DNA of 64,000 nucleotides from Eledone cirrhosa (taxonomy: Eukaryota). Both the position numbers and the translations under genes were made by a program. Below, piece after piece: positions 26,840 to 39,881 of the stretch; position 1 is the stretch's first letter; the number at the start of each line of letters is the position of its first letter. The DNA is taken from assembly GCA_964016885.1 (NCBI GenBank), contig OZ024756.1, forward strand, positions 4,340,001 through 4,404,000, read 5' to 3'. The notes beneath the pieces were generated by a model. The model did not search any database. It saw nothing but the letters and a program-made list of their open reading frames with translations, and was not told the origin of the DNA.

Positions 26840-27032
26840 GGAGGTGGATTGGCAGTATCGGTAGAGGGTCGGACGTCATGCTTTGATGCATAGAGTTACG
26901 GCCCTTTCTATTCTGAGTTCAAATCCCGCCGAGGTCAACTTTGTCTTTCATCCTTACGGGGTCGATGAAATAAAGTACCAGTAGTGTACTGGGTAATTGC
27001 TGGCCTTGTGCCAAAAGAAGAAACAATTATTA
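26840..27032 (+). mobile_element. Full-length tRNA-derived SINE with apparent target-site duplication
   Basis: Head GGAGGTGGATTGGCAG, B-box GTTCAAATCC, central GGTCAACTTTGTCTTTCATCCTTACGGGGTCGAT. ATTATTATAAATTACA occurs at 26821-26836 and 27026-27041. Confidence 0.9.
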
Positions 27033-27208
27033 TAAATTACAGATTATAAAATCGGCTAAAATACCCCCTATGAATGGAAACATGTGACAACTGGCTTCTA
27101 AAACAATAGTTCTGAAATTATTTTGAAAAGAAGCTTTTTTGTTTATCAAAAGTTATACGATAGCACTCCATGGTGAAATATTGCAAGAATTATTAGAAAT
27201 AGGTTAAA

Positions 27209-27355
27209 CTAGTAGAATGCCCCGGCGTTGCTCGGGATTTGCTATAGGGTTCTTATATATGTGATATATATTTATCCTTATCGAGCCTCGTGAAATAAAT
27301 ATGTTTGTTTATATTTTGTTATTGTGTATGCAAAAAATATCTGTACACGAATATA

Positions 27356-27409
<54 letters not shown>

Positions 27410-27842
27410 TAACAGATTAAAGTTTAAGCAAAGAATCTCTGCTTTCGCCCTTAACGGGATCTTCTGAAACTAAAAAATCAATCTGTGAACGCAGAAGTAA
27501 ATATTTTGAAAGACGTTACACACTATATGTATACATATATACACACACACACAGCGTTATAATGTCGTAATGCAGACAGCGAGACATACAGACAGATATT
27601 ATAAGGGCGCAATTTTATATCTAAGTATCTATCTAAAAGGAAAGACTAAGAATTATAGAGAGAGATCGCGAAATCGCCTAATGCGGTCCCTAAGACATTG
27701 AAAATTTGAAATATTTTTGGCTCAAAACACTCACATGACCATAAGTATTACATGTGTAAAGTTTGAAAAAGTCAGTCGGATGGTTCTCGAGTTTTAGGGA
27801 GTCAGACAGACAGACAGACATTCTCTGTTTTAGATATATAGA
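27209..27842 (-). mobile_element. Non-autonomous Helitron
   Basis: Minus strand starts A|TCTATATATCTAAAAC then (GTCT)n, and ends with the hairpin CCCGAGC-AAC-GCCGGG followed by CTAG|T. This is the canonical Helitron A/T insertion without TSD. Contains nested (TA)n and a hammerhead-like repeat. Confidence 0.8.
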
Positions 27843-28329
27843 TGTGTATATAAGGTGCTTAGAACGAGCATCGAATAGCGAATTTATCTTGAAACGATTG
27901 GAAAGTTGTGTAAGAACACATAAAACTATAAAGTGGACATGTTTCGATTAGGAATACATGACTTATTTTAAAGGACAAATTTAATGTATATAAAGAAATA
28001 TTGTAAAATAGTGTGGCATAAAATCATATAAAACTAAATTATAAAATGGAATAAATGGATTAAAACGAGAAATAAAATAAGATGTTTATGAAAACAAATT
28101 TTAATTAAAGCAGCGGTGTAAGAAACATATTATGGTATTAGTTGAGGGATGTGTTTTATCTCCAAAAGATATAATAGGTAAGGTAAGTCTGGTCGTTGAA
28201 GAAACTGTGGAGTTTGGGACTGTTGTAGACAGATACGTGATTAGAAAGTTAAAAGATTAATATAGGAAAAAAATTAAAGAATATATATCTATCTATATAT
28301 GTGTGTGTGCGCTTGGGTGTGTGTCCAAC

Positions 28330-28630
28330 TTAGTCGCTTCGGCCACAAACCCCCGGCATCGCGGCCCGCCTCGCAGAAGAACGTAAAATGAACAAAAACC
28401 GGGATTTGTCCGACCGCTTCCTCTTTGCACCGGGCGCGGTTGAGACCTCAGGCGTACTTGGACCCCTAACTGCGGAGCTCCTCCGCAAGATCGGAGCGTC
28501 AGTGACCCGTCTGAGGAGGGAGCCCCGCGAGGTTGGGTGGCTGTTGCAGCGGGTGTCACTGGCCATTATCCATAGGAATGCTTTGGCCATCTTGTTAGCG
28601 GGGTGCTGCACTTCTACCCTTTTGCCCTAG
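28330..28630 (+). pseudogene. 3' fragment of an RLE-type (CRE-like) non-LTR retrotransposon ORF
   Basis: ..DLSDRFLFAPGAVETSGVLG..REVGWLLQRVSLAIIHRNA resembles the C-terminal restriction-like endonuclease region. Confidence 0.7.
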
Positions 28631-29149
28631 GCCCAAAGCCCAATTATCCTCATCTTCACCCCTCCCCTCTCTTCTGCAACACCAGAGCTCTTGCCACCCC
28701 TCTCCTTCCCGTTATGTTTTTTTCTTTCTTTCTCTCTTTTTTTTTCTATACTTCCCTATTCTTTCTTTCCTTTTGTTTCCCCTTTTTTTAAACTTTTTCT
28801 TACTAAATTTTATTTTACAAGATTATACAATAAAGTATTTATAATTTTTTATAACCTAATACAGTGGTCTAGTTTTGGATATCTTTTCATAGACAACGTA
28901 TTTCAATTTTACACCGCTTTGAACTCTCGTTGTTTTCGGGACACCGCTACCTGTTCAAATTAACGCCATCGACAAGTTAAAATATTGTTTCTCTCCGCCA
29001 AATGAATACTTAAGTAAGTACACAATGCCTTTATTTCTCTGAAATATGATCTGTATTTTAAATCTGTCTTTATTTATGATTAATCACTAGTTCCCTACAC
29101 ACACTCTCCGTTTCATTAGAAATATGGTAATGAAAGGGTTCAGTAATTA

Positions 29150-29510
29150 TATTGATAGCCTCCCCACAGCCCCGGCTGACAGAATGGAGAAGGCGTTTGG
29201 TCGAAGGATGTTAAGGGACATGCGCTGGAGGAGTCATTCGAACTCGCGAGGCTCACACCTGCGGCTGGCCAGCTCTGCGCCTATGGTGGTGAGTAGGGAG
29301 GTAGCCCTAAGGCCGAGGACACCACTAGTCTCCACTGCTAAGGGTACGACCGCGAACTTGTCGGAGGGCGACCGGTACTTGGAGAGTTTGGCCTCCCCAG
29401 CCTGACGTGCAACAGAACGTGGGTTAGTCGCAGACTGCACCAGGTTGCGGGTGGAGAAAGTGTCGCAGCAAGTGGCATCCCAGACGAGTGGTTTGCCACC
29501 GTGGAACGTT
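29150..29510 (-). pseudogene. 3' fragment of an RLE-type (CRE-like) non-LTR retrotransposon ORF
   Basis: GGKPLVWDATCCDTF..GEAKLSKYRS..VPLAVETSGVLG (WD.T / K..KY / P.AVET.G motifs), then a premature TGA before LLQRMSL. Confidence 0.78.
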
Positions 29511-29745
29511 CTCTGAAAACTCAAGCTTGCTTTTACACAAATAATTATACTGATTTGCATGTGCGTCACTGGGGAAAAAAAATCTATTTTAAAAAAAAAT
29601 TATTTTCAAAAATACCTCCACAACTTCTTTACTTAATTGATTATGGATTCTTGTATTTCTTTGGGACTCGCATCTTCCAAATCCAGAATTAATATCCTAA
29701 CCATACTTTAGTATTACCTGGTAATAGTAATGTCAATTGATTTAA

Positions 29746-29779
<34 letters not shown>

Positions 29780-29794
29780 ATGTGTTCATGTATA

Positions 29795-29828
<34 letters not shown>

Positions 29829-29837
29829 ACGAAGGAA

Positions 29838-30027
29838 ATGTGGTAAGGAACCAGGTGGACCATAACGCACCAAAGTACTCAATACTTAGGGTAGTAGAGT
29901 GGGTAATAGGAACGAGTAGGACCCCGACGGCTGAGCTCAAGCCGTTTCGACGGCTAATTCTGGACATGTCCAGAATTAGCCGTCGAAACGGCTTGAGCTC
30001 AGCTGTCGGGGTCCTACTCGTTCCTAT
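29838..30027. mobile_element. Short repeat ending in a near-perfect 61-bp-arm hairpin that contains the 3' half of a hammerhead
   Basis: Arms 29906-29966 and 29967-30027; GAAACGGCU..AGCCGUC-GGGG. Related copy at 54395-54540. Confidence 0.75.
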
Positions 30028-30237
30028 ATATATATATATTAAAATAACAGATTAAAGTTTAAGCAAAGAATCGCTGCTTTCACCCTTAACGGGATCTTCT
30101 GAAACTTAGATCCCGTTAAGGGTGAAAGCAGTGATTCTTTGCTTAAACTTTAATCTGTTGTTTTAATATATATTTGATATATATTTATCCTTATCTAGCC
30201 CTCTTTGGATTTTAGTCTTCACATTTATTATTATTAC

Positions 30238-30301
<64 letters not shown>

Positions 30302-30763
30302 AGTCGGATCGAAGTCACTGGTGTAGCATATATAAATCAATTGACATATTACGATCGTTTCAATATGTATGCCAATAAAGTTTATCCGTATAATGCAATA
30401 GTGACTTCGACCTATTTTCATTTACACTCTCCATACTGCAGCAGCCTTATTTTTGAACACGAGACGAACTATGTAAAAGCATTGAGTACTTAAACCGGCG
30501 ACCTGCCGATAACTATAGTACACACTTACATAAAACACACACACACATATGTATACACACCATCAGTGATCTTCCATGTATGTATACATATATATATATA
30601 CACACATATATATAGGTATATATATATATATATAATTATATATATATATATATAATTATATATATATATATATAATTATAATTATATATATATATAATTA
30701 TAATTATATATATATATAATTATATGAAATATAAGAATCAAAGAACTGTTCAAAACATTATTG

Positions 30764-30810
30764 TGCTTACAGCTGTTTCCTCCAAACCGAGGTTTGGATT
30801 CTTCGGAGCA
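30764..30810 (-). ncRNA. Hammerhead motif (C4 variant) in the inverted pLTR arm
   Basis: Reverse complement of 33135-33181. Confidence 0.7.
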
Positions 30811-30955
30811 ATTTATTAATGCATGGACAGTTATATGACCTCCTTTTCAGCCGAGAGACATACCAATACATATTCAAACATTGATACATATTCAAACATT
30901 GTGGGTCAACATTCATTACAGAATTTAGAGTGGCAGTACACACTTCGAGATTACA

Positions 30956-31692
30956 AGTACCACAACCTCTTAAACAAAAACACCATTAAAATCTCATACT
31001 CTACGACGCCTAACTTAGCATACCACATAGCTAGCAGCAATAATAGTAAAATTAGTTCTTACTTCCAACAAACAAAATCACAACGGGATGCAAACCCTCT
31101 AAATACCACTGTAGCAAGCAACAATAGCAACGGCAGTAACAATAGAAATAACACTAGTATAAGTAATAACACCAGGGTTGCCAACCCGAACACCCAAAAT
31201 CCTATATCCACCACACAGACTTCCGCATTGCATTATAACCAGCGGACTAACGCACAGAATAATTGTAACTGTAGAGCTAATAGAACCTGCCCTTTAGATA
31301 AAAAATGCCTAACCAAGGATGTCATATACTCATGCACAGTCACGACTAATAACTCTTCAGAAACCTATGTAGGCTCCACTTCTAACTGCTTCAAAATCAG
31401 ATATAACTCGCACATCCACTCGTTCAAAAAGCACAGCCTAGCCAACTCCACCTCACTTTCTAGCTACATACACTATCTAAAATCTAAAAATAAACCATAC
31501 ACACTCAAATGGGAAGTGATAGGCAGCGCGACCTCGTACAAACCACCTAATAAATTCTGTAACCTCTGTATACTAGAGACACACAATATTATCTTCTCCA
31601 ACCGTAACCTACTTAACAAAAAATCTGAGGTGTTTGCAACTTGCCAGCACCGCCTCAGACATTCCTTCCAAAACTTTAAGCCCTATATATAG
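30956..31692 (+). pseudogene. Penelope-type GIY-YIG endonuclease, C-terminal fragment (RT lost)
   Basis: KISYS, CNCRANRTCPLDKKC, VIY..YVGST..FKIRYNSH, CNLC..E, LLNKKSE..CQH. The ORF-track N-terminus (30823-30955) is translated inverted repeat. Confidence 0.88.
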
Positions 31693-33134
31693 CAATGTCG
31701 GACTGGAACCTAACACCACATCTAGCATCAAACACCAGAGACACACCCTATACTACATACCCAACACTAGCGGATCCATTATAACACAAACAACGACATC
31801 CCTCTGGAACCCTTCGCAGGGAAAATACCCATTTATACCTCTACGGCAGGTGTGACAACATCCACCCACTTGGACGGCACTACACCGCTCTAAGGGTAAT
31901 TTGAGCATGAATTGATCGGTTGGATGGTGTTGGGCAGAGGAAACACCTTCCTTAGACAGATGTAAAATGATTTAATCGAGTAGCGCTGTTGACCAGTAGG
32001 ACCGGGCTGCTGAGCGCAGTGAGTGAATGCAATGCAACTGCCGTGCGGGTTGTACGTATATGGATGATCTGACGGTCAGAGAGGGTCGCGAGGACTGCGG
32101 ATTGACCTTTGGCCTGCCTGGGGACGATTATCTTTCGACATCCAATGTAGCAAGCGATGACCCAGATCTTACCAGAGATCATTGGGTCCTGAATCAATCC
32201 TGCAATCACCGCGCCTGGTCATATGAGAAGACTACAACCACAGAGATCATTAATTTAGAATCCTCGCTCATCATCTATAATTTCCATTTGTAGCACCTTA
32301 AGATGGGTTAATCCACCTTAATAATAATATGATCACCTTCTGCATAATTTAGTTAAACTACTCTATAGTTAGTACACTTTATGCTTTAAAAGTCTCTCTT
32401 GGAAGGTGCACCTCACCATAGAATTTAGGGTCTATATTGGGACACATTTTAATGGCTAGATATAGAAACCCCAGAGTTACCTCCCCGCATGCATTAACTC
32501 CCCTTAGCCACACACACACTTCCGGTATTCAATGGCGTTTCTCGAAACGTAACAACCTCCTGTATCGAACTAAAGAACACCAGACTACGATCTCTAACTG
32601 GATTGTCGTGGATTATGTGAAAGGCATATAATCGAAATATACACTCCCTTGACCATGAAAATGCTGAAGTACATGAATTACTTGACATCCCTGCGCTGTG
32701 CATCTCCAATACTTATAACACTTTTAATGCTTGCACTATCTTTAATGCTTATAATATTTCTCCACACACAGACTATATCAATCATATAAAGACTTTGCCA
32801 CCAGATCTACCAACCTAACACTCTTATTTACCTACCTAAGTGCCTCTACCACACATATCTCTCTGCCACACTATATAAACAAGACGCACATGCGTGCCAC
32901 ACATATAACATTTGCACTATATAACCACTTATCTTCATGTTGTACTTTAACCTATATCTTTGATTTTTGATTGTACCTATTAATATAAATGTAATCTCGA
33001 AGTGTGTACTGCCACTCTAAATTCTGTAATGAATGTTGACCCACAATGTTTGAATATGTATCAATGTTTGAATATGTATTGGTATGTCTCTCGGCTGAAA
33101 AGGAGGTCATATAACTGTCCATGCATTAATAAAT

Positions 33135-33181
33135 TGCTCCGAAGAATCCAAACCTCGGTTTGGAGGAAACAGCTGTAAGCA
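33135..33181 (+). ncRNA. Hammerhead motif (C4 variant) in the pLTR
   Basis: UGCU CCGAAGA A UCCAAACC UC GGUUUGGA G GAAA CAGCUG UA AGCA. Palindromic stem III ACAGCUGU. Confidence 0.72.
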
Positions 33182-33406
33182 CAATAATGTTTTGAACAGT
33201 TCTTTGATTCTTATATTTCATATAACTGCTCTGTAAATCATCTGATGTTTTTACATTGAGCTACTTAACTTACTGGTACTAAGGTAGTAATACATTACTG
33301 CCTACCACTATTTAGGGTGTGTGTAAAATACTTACAACTGCTTAAGGTTTTGTGTTTACATAACCATAAATAGTATATCTAATACTATATAATTATAATA
33401 TATATA

Positions 33407-33456
<50 letters not shown>

Positions 33457-33518
33457 TATATATATATTATATATATATATAATTATATATATATATATAT
33501 TATATATATATATATATA

Positions 33519-33556
<38 letters not shown>

Positions 33557-33756
33557 NNNNNNNNNNNNNNNNNNNNNNNNNNNNNNNNNNNNNNNNNNNN
33601 NNNNNNNNNNNNNNNNNNNNNNNNNNNNNNNNNNNNNNNNNNNNNNNNNNNNNNNNNNNNNNNNNNNNNNNNNNNNNNNNNNNNNNNNNNNNNNNNNNNN
33701 NNNNNNNNNNNNNNNNNNNNNNNNNNNNNNNNNNNNNNNNNNNNNNNNNNNNNNNN
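33557..33756. other. Assembly gap (200 N) inside a (TA)n tract
   Basis: Run of N. Confidence 0.99.
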
Positions 33757-33960
<204 letters not shown>

Positions 33961-34038
33961 TATATATATATATATAATTATATATATATATATATAATTA
34001 TATATATATATATATATAATTATATATATATATATATA

Positions 34039-34130
<92 letters not shown>

Positions 34131-34234
34131 TATATATATATATATATATAATTATATATATATATATATATATATATAATTATATATATATATATATATA
34201 TATATAATTATATATATATATATATATATATAAT

Positions 34235-34289
<55 letters not shown>

Positions 34290-34389
34290 TATATATATAT
34301 ATATATATATAATTATATATATATATATATATATATAATTATATATATATATATATATATATATAATTATATATATATATATATATATA

Positions 34390-34431
<42 letters not shown>

Positions 34432-35019
34432 TATATATATATATATAATTATATATATATATATATATATATAATTATATATATATATATATAATTATAT
34501 ATATATATATATAATTATAATTATATATATATAATTATAATTATATATATATATAATTATAATTATATATATATATAATTATATATATATATAATTATAA
34601 TTATATATATATATAATTATATATATATATAATTATATATATATATATATATAATTATATATATATATAATTATATATATATATAGTGAGAACGAGACGG
34701 ACATAATGAGAGAATTTTCTAAACTCGCCTCCAAACCATCTCTGCTATTATACAAGACCACCTCTGCATCTAAAAATAAATTGTCCGATAAATATAAGCA
34801 AGGTCTTATATGAGGTATCAGGCTGAGGGTTTGTTCTGAATATTCGCAGCTGAGATAGGGAGCAGGGTACTATATGTCCCACAGCCTTCTATGTCATCAA
34901 ATACGACAATTGTTCAGGTTAGCTGGATAATACGAGCGTTCTATAACATTTTTCTTAGTTCATTTCTTTCACTCCTGCAGAGTAATTCTCGTAAAATAAA
35001 CTAGAAATCTGCATAGATT

Positions 35020-35057
<38 letters not shown>

Positions 35058-35862
35058 TTGTGCGTGGGTGTGTATAAGTATATATATATATATATATATA
35101 TATATCACATGTATATATATATACACATGTATATATATATTAACAAAGGAGTAAATGTTTATTTATAGAAACACCTGGTAGCACACATACATATATTTAT
35201 ACATGCATACATACATATGTACATACATACATACATACATATATATATAGATATAGATAATACATACATACACACATATATAGATACATACATTCGTACG
35301 TGCATGCATACATATATACATACATAGTCACAAACACATATATATATATATATACGCACCTACATACATATAAAGATACATATGTACACACATTCATACA
35401 AATATTTACATACACGTACATACATACATACATACATACATACATACATACATACATACATACATAGATGTGTATATACACACACACGCCCATTCATCGC
35501 ACTCATCTGTGCCCTCTTAATATTCATTCAGTCCGTCCCCTTTTTTCAATTTCCCACAGACCCAAACTGCTTGAAACATTTTGGATTGCCATGTCAGTTA
35601 AATTGCCACAATAACGCATTAAACGGGTAAATATTTACCTCTGTTTACTGAACCCGCTACTAGAGGGCGCTCTGCCCCTGTCAATAAACAGACGTTCGTG
35701 GTATAAATATTTACCAGAGAATTCACTCTATGAAGAGCTTTTATCAAGATGGATGACAGTAAACTAACCCGAAACACTACTGTTGAATTTTCCCTCTTAT
35801 TCACTTCTTGTTTCCATTTTATATTTGTTATTATATTTGTTATTATATTTGTTATATACTTG

Positions 35863-35897
<35 letters not shown>

Positions 35898-36102
35898 ACA
35901 TATATGTATATATATATATAGATATATATGTATACATATATGTATATATATATATATGTATACATATATGTATATATATATATGTATACATATATGTATA
36001 TATATATATGTATACATATATGTATATATATATATGTATACATATATGTATATATATATATATGTATACATATATGTATATATATATATGTATACATGTA
36101 TG

Positions 36103-36164
<62 letters not shown>

Positions 36165-36926
36165 CACATATATATAGGTATATATATACCTATATATATG
36201 TATATGTGTATATATATATATATGTAATACATATATATATACACATACATATATATATACATACATATATATATATATAATTATGTGTATATATATATAT
36301 GTTATATATATATATATGTATATATACACACATATATATAGGTATATATATATAATTGTATATGTGTATATATATATATATATATGTAATACATATATAT
36401 ATACACATACATATATATATATACATATATATATATATAATTATGTGTATATATATATATGTGATACATATATATATATATACATATGTATATATATATA
36501 CATACATACATATTATGTATGTATATATGTATGTATATATGTATGTATATATATATATATATACGTATATGTGTGTGTGTAACCAGTTCTTCTAATTATT
36601 ATTATGTGCGTGTGTGTATATATGCGCATAAATGATTCTGTATGTATTCATATATATATATACATATATATATATATAACCATATATGTCCTGATGTCCT
36701 GGCGCCCGATGTGAGGCCTGTATTGAAATGGCTCCTCGACTATAGAGTGGTGGCCATAACTGGACCCCGAAAATTAAAGTCGTGCATACATGTTAAATGT
36801 ATGAATTTTTTTTGTTATAACCCTATATATATATATATATATATATATTGCCTGTGTGAAGTGACCGGGTTTCTGCGCATGCGCGTTCGTACGGTTGTCC
36901 TTCCTGTTCCTATAACCATGCCCATT

Positions 36927-36966
36927 CCGAGCTGAGGATCCGCTAAGGTGAAACAAATGTTCTCGG
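36927..36966 (+). ncRNA. Minimal type I hammerhead ribozyme motif
   Basis: CCGAG CUGAGGA UCC GCUAA GGU GAAA CAAAUG UU CUCGG. Stem I extends via CCAU/AUGG. Confidence 0.75.
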
Positions 36967-37007
36967 TATGGTGAACTAACCGTTGTGTAACCACTTCTCT
37001 CTCTCTC

Positions 37008-37040
<33 letters not shown>

Positions 37041-37041
37041 T

Positions 37042-37075
<34 letters not shown>

Positions 37076-37273
37076 CAGACAGACAGACAGACAGAGGATA
37101 TGTCGTGCTGAAACCACGGAGACCGCTAATCATGGGAGTACTCAATGCAGGGAGAGATGCAGAGTGGGTATAAGACACAAGCTGAAATCGCTTGGCGCCA
37201 CGGTCGGGGACTTACATCCCTTTCTCTCGATTTCTCTCACTATATATACACATATGTGTATATATATATATAT

Positions 37274-37330
<57 letters not shown>

Positions 37331-37519
37331 CCCTCTAAAAGGGGCTTACTTATTTGTGTTACTCACAATGAATTCAGCTGAAATTCAGCCAGCTAAATAC
37401 TTCTCGTCCTTTCTACCAACAACTATGACTAGGTCAGTGTCTTGTTTGTATATATCTTAATTAATACATATACATAAACATACCACAGACAATAGCAAGT
37501 AGGCTTTGAATATATCAGG

Positions 37520-37569
37520 GCTTTCCTGATGATTTCTTTCAAATGAAACAGGTCTAGTCCTGTAGAAGC
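37520..37569 (+). ncRNA. Type I hammerhead ribozyme motif
   Basis: GCUUUC CUGAUGA UUUCUUUCAAAU GAAA CAGG UCUAGU CCUG UA GAAGC. Same family as 63222-63274. Confidence 0.72.
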
Positions 37570-37611
37570 CATCGCCGATTGAACCCGGGACTCACACATA
37601 TACATATATAT

Positions 37612-37765
37612 CATCATCATCATCATAGTTTAACGTCCATCTTCCACGCTAGCATGGGTTGGACGATTTTGTTCCACTTGAGGCGGGATAGGTCGGGGGG
37701 CCGTGTCTCGCTTGTACAGAACTGTCCCTGGCAGGTATTCTACGGCTGGATGCCCTTCCAACCAC
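37612..37765 (-). mobile_element. 3' end of an RTE-related SINE/LINE with (GAT)n tail
   Basis: (cat)n-gtttaacgtccatcttccacgctagcatgggttggacg..tacggctggatgcccttcc resembles a known invertebrate RTE-type tail (from recall). Confidence 0.55.
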
Positions 37766-37947
37766 TTTTACAGTGTCTCCTACAGGACCACTTTACAGTG
37801 TGGACAAGGTGCTCTTTGCCCTGTCACCGACACGACCACTTTACAGTGGGCGGAAGTGGGAGGATGGGGTAGGGTGTTTGGGGTGGGGTATATATTGGGT
37901 TAAGAGATGCCGACTGACTGTAAGCCTCGGGAGTCTATTTCTACGTT

Positions 37948-38134
37948 TAATAATTGTTTCTACTTTTGGCACAAGGCCAGAAATTAACCAGTACATTACT
38001 GGTACTTTATCAATCCCGTAAGGATGAAATGCAAGGTTAACCCCGACGGGATTTTAACTCAGACCGTAAAGGAACGTAACTATGCTGGAAAGCATGGAGT
38101 CCGACCCCCTACCGATACTCCCAATTCACCGCCC
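37948..38134 (-). mobile_element. tRNA-derived SINE copy
   Basis: Same family as 26840-27032. Confidence 0.85.
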
Positions 38135-38434
38135 TTAATAATGATGTTTACATCATACAAATATACTGAGTAGCTTATATGCTGTGTTTAACCTCGATAT
38201 AGCTTCGGATGTTCACATCAGGAGGACGGCTGATTGAACTGGGATTTCGAGACTAAAAATACATAGTAACCTGACCACTGCCATGCTAGTCGATACATCG
38301 ATCTCTATCGATGAGTCGACCCTCTGAAACGATCGTAATAGAATGAACTATCTACCTACCTACACCTGACTTCAGTTTTTTTTTATTTGCACTATGCACA
38401 AACATATATACCGACCTAAGGGATATATAAATAA

Positions 38435-38485
<51 letters not shown>

Positions 38486-38663
38486 ACCCCCTCTTATTTG
38501 AAGAACTATTGTAACGCGAACTGGCGCGAAATTTATTATAATTATTGACAAACCAATCAAATTACTTCTCGAAAAACCTGGCATTTCGAGCCACTTTTTC
38601 CATAAGTAACATTCAGAGACCAACCAGATGTGAGAAAAACCACAGACCCTCCATCTCAACTCA

Positions 38664-38701
38664 CCTTTTGAAAAGCAGAAGAACTGTGAAACCGGTAAAG
38701 G
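38664..38701 (+). ncRNA. Minimal hammerhead with U3-A8 core
   Basis: CCUU UUGAAAA GCAG AAGAA CUGU GAAA CCGG UA AAGG. All three stems pair. Confidence 0.72.
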
Positions 38702-38775
38702 AACCAAATAAATATATATATATATTTTTTAAAAATAAGACTCCAGTTGCATTTTCGATTTCATCTCTCTTTCTT

Positions 38776-38807
<32 letters not shown>

Positions 38808-38817
38808 ATTGTTGTTG

Positions 38818-39801
38818 GATGCTTAAAGCGTCCGTATGCGGTAGGCCGTATTAGCACTCAATGCCCTCGTACAGCAGAGTGTGATATCACAGAAAAAAAG
38901 AGAATCAGTGTTGGGACGAAAGGAATATATTGGACATATTACAAATGTTTCTCGGGCGACCAGCTCGAGGCATGATCGATACGGAGATCACACCTGACTC
39001 TGAAATCATCACGGTTGTCAGATACGTCTCGATTCTACGAAGCACATTTTCCTATAGTCCTTTAACATATATATATTTATATCTATCCGGGAGCTTCCAA
39101 CAGAAATGGTCGCATTCTTTAAGGGTATGTCAATATTTATTTATAAAACTGATCTATATTATATTTTATCTGATAAAAGCACACCATAATTTAACTTGGT
39201 GTCCTTGCAATATGTATAATGAAATAAATATGGTTTTATAAATATAGGTTCCATTTTTTAATATATCGTATTTTTACTCCAATAATTTGTTGAGTGCTTT
39301 ATATCAGTTATAAAAATATTTGCTTGTTGTATCCCAACAATTTAAATAGAACTTCTACATATATATATATCTGTATTTTTAACCATTGGTCAATCAATGA
39401 TAAACATTGGTTGCCAGATAAATTAACTATGGAGATATAAAAGATACAGAAGCGAAAATCAACCCAACCAAACAGTGAATGTGTTTTATTATTTTTTCTG
39501 GCAATATTATAACAATATGACCCTCTCCAAATGTAACAATATATATATATATATATATATCACATAAGAAACTGAGAATCAGTGTTGCGACGAATAAAAT
39601 GTATTAGACATATTACAATCGTTTCTCTGGCGACCGGCTCGAGGCACGATCGATGTAATGATCGAACCTGACTCTGAAATTGCAAGGTTGTCAGATATGT
39701 TTCGATTCTACGAAGCAGAGTTTTATGTGATATCATACTCTGCTCTGTAAGAGCATCGAGTGCTCAAACGGCCTACCACCTACAGACGCTTTAAGCATCC
39801 C
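38818..39801. mobile_element. Two rearranged copies of an interspersed repeat with a degenerate long-stem-II hammerhead
   Basis: 38899-39044 is similar to 39574-39718 (direct), and 38818-38892 is similar to the reverse complement of 39726-39801. Minus strand: CAUAU CUGACAA ... GAAA CGAUUG UA AUAUG. Confidence 0.65.
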
Positions 39802-39806
39802 ACACC

Positions 39807-39874
<68 letters not shown>

Positions 39875-39881
<7 letters not shown>

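Larger units (their letters stand above)
30719..33390 (+). mobile_element. 5'-truncated Penelope-like retroelement with inverted pLTR segment
   Basis: 30719-30955 is the reverse complement of about 32990-33226. It encloses a GIY-YIG coding remnant and a long 3' UTR. Hammerhead in the repeat; flanked by (TA)n. Confidence 0.9.

Noticed and set aside
26840-26935. tRNA gene
   Set aside because: Pol III boxes belong to a SINE head; no complete cloverleaf.
34690-35000. Possible small minus-strand exons (acceptor-like ctgcag and ttttag)
   Set aside because: Frames are short and show no recognisable protein similarity.
39163-39225. Hammerhead related to 54903 and 3072
   Set aside because: The core is mutated (CTGATAA, GCAA), so it is counted only as a decayed copy.
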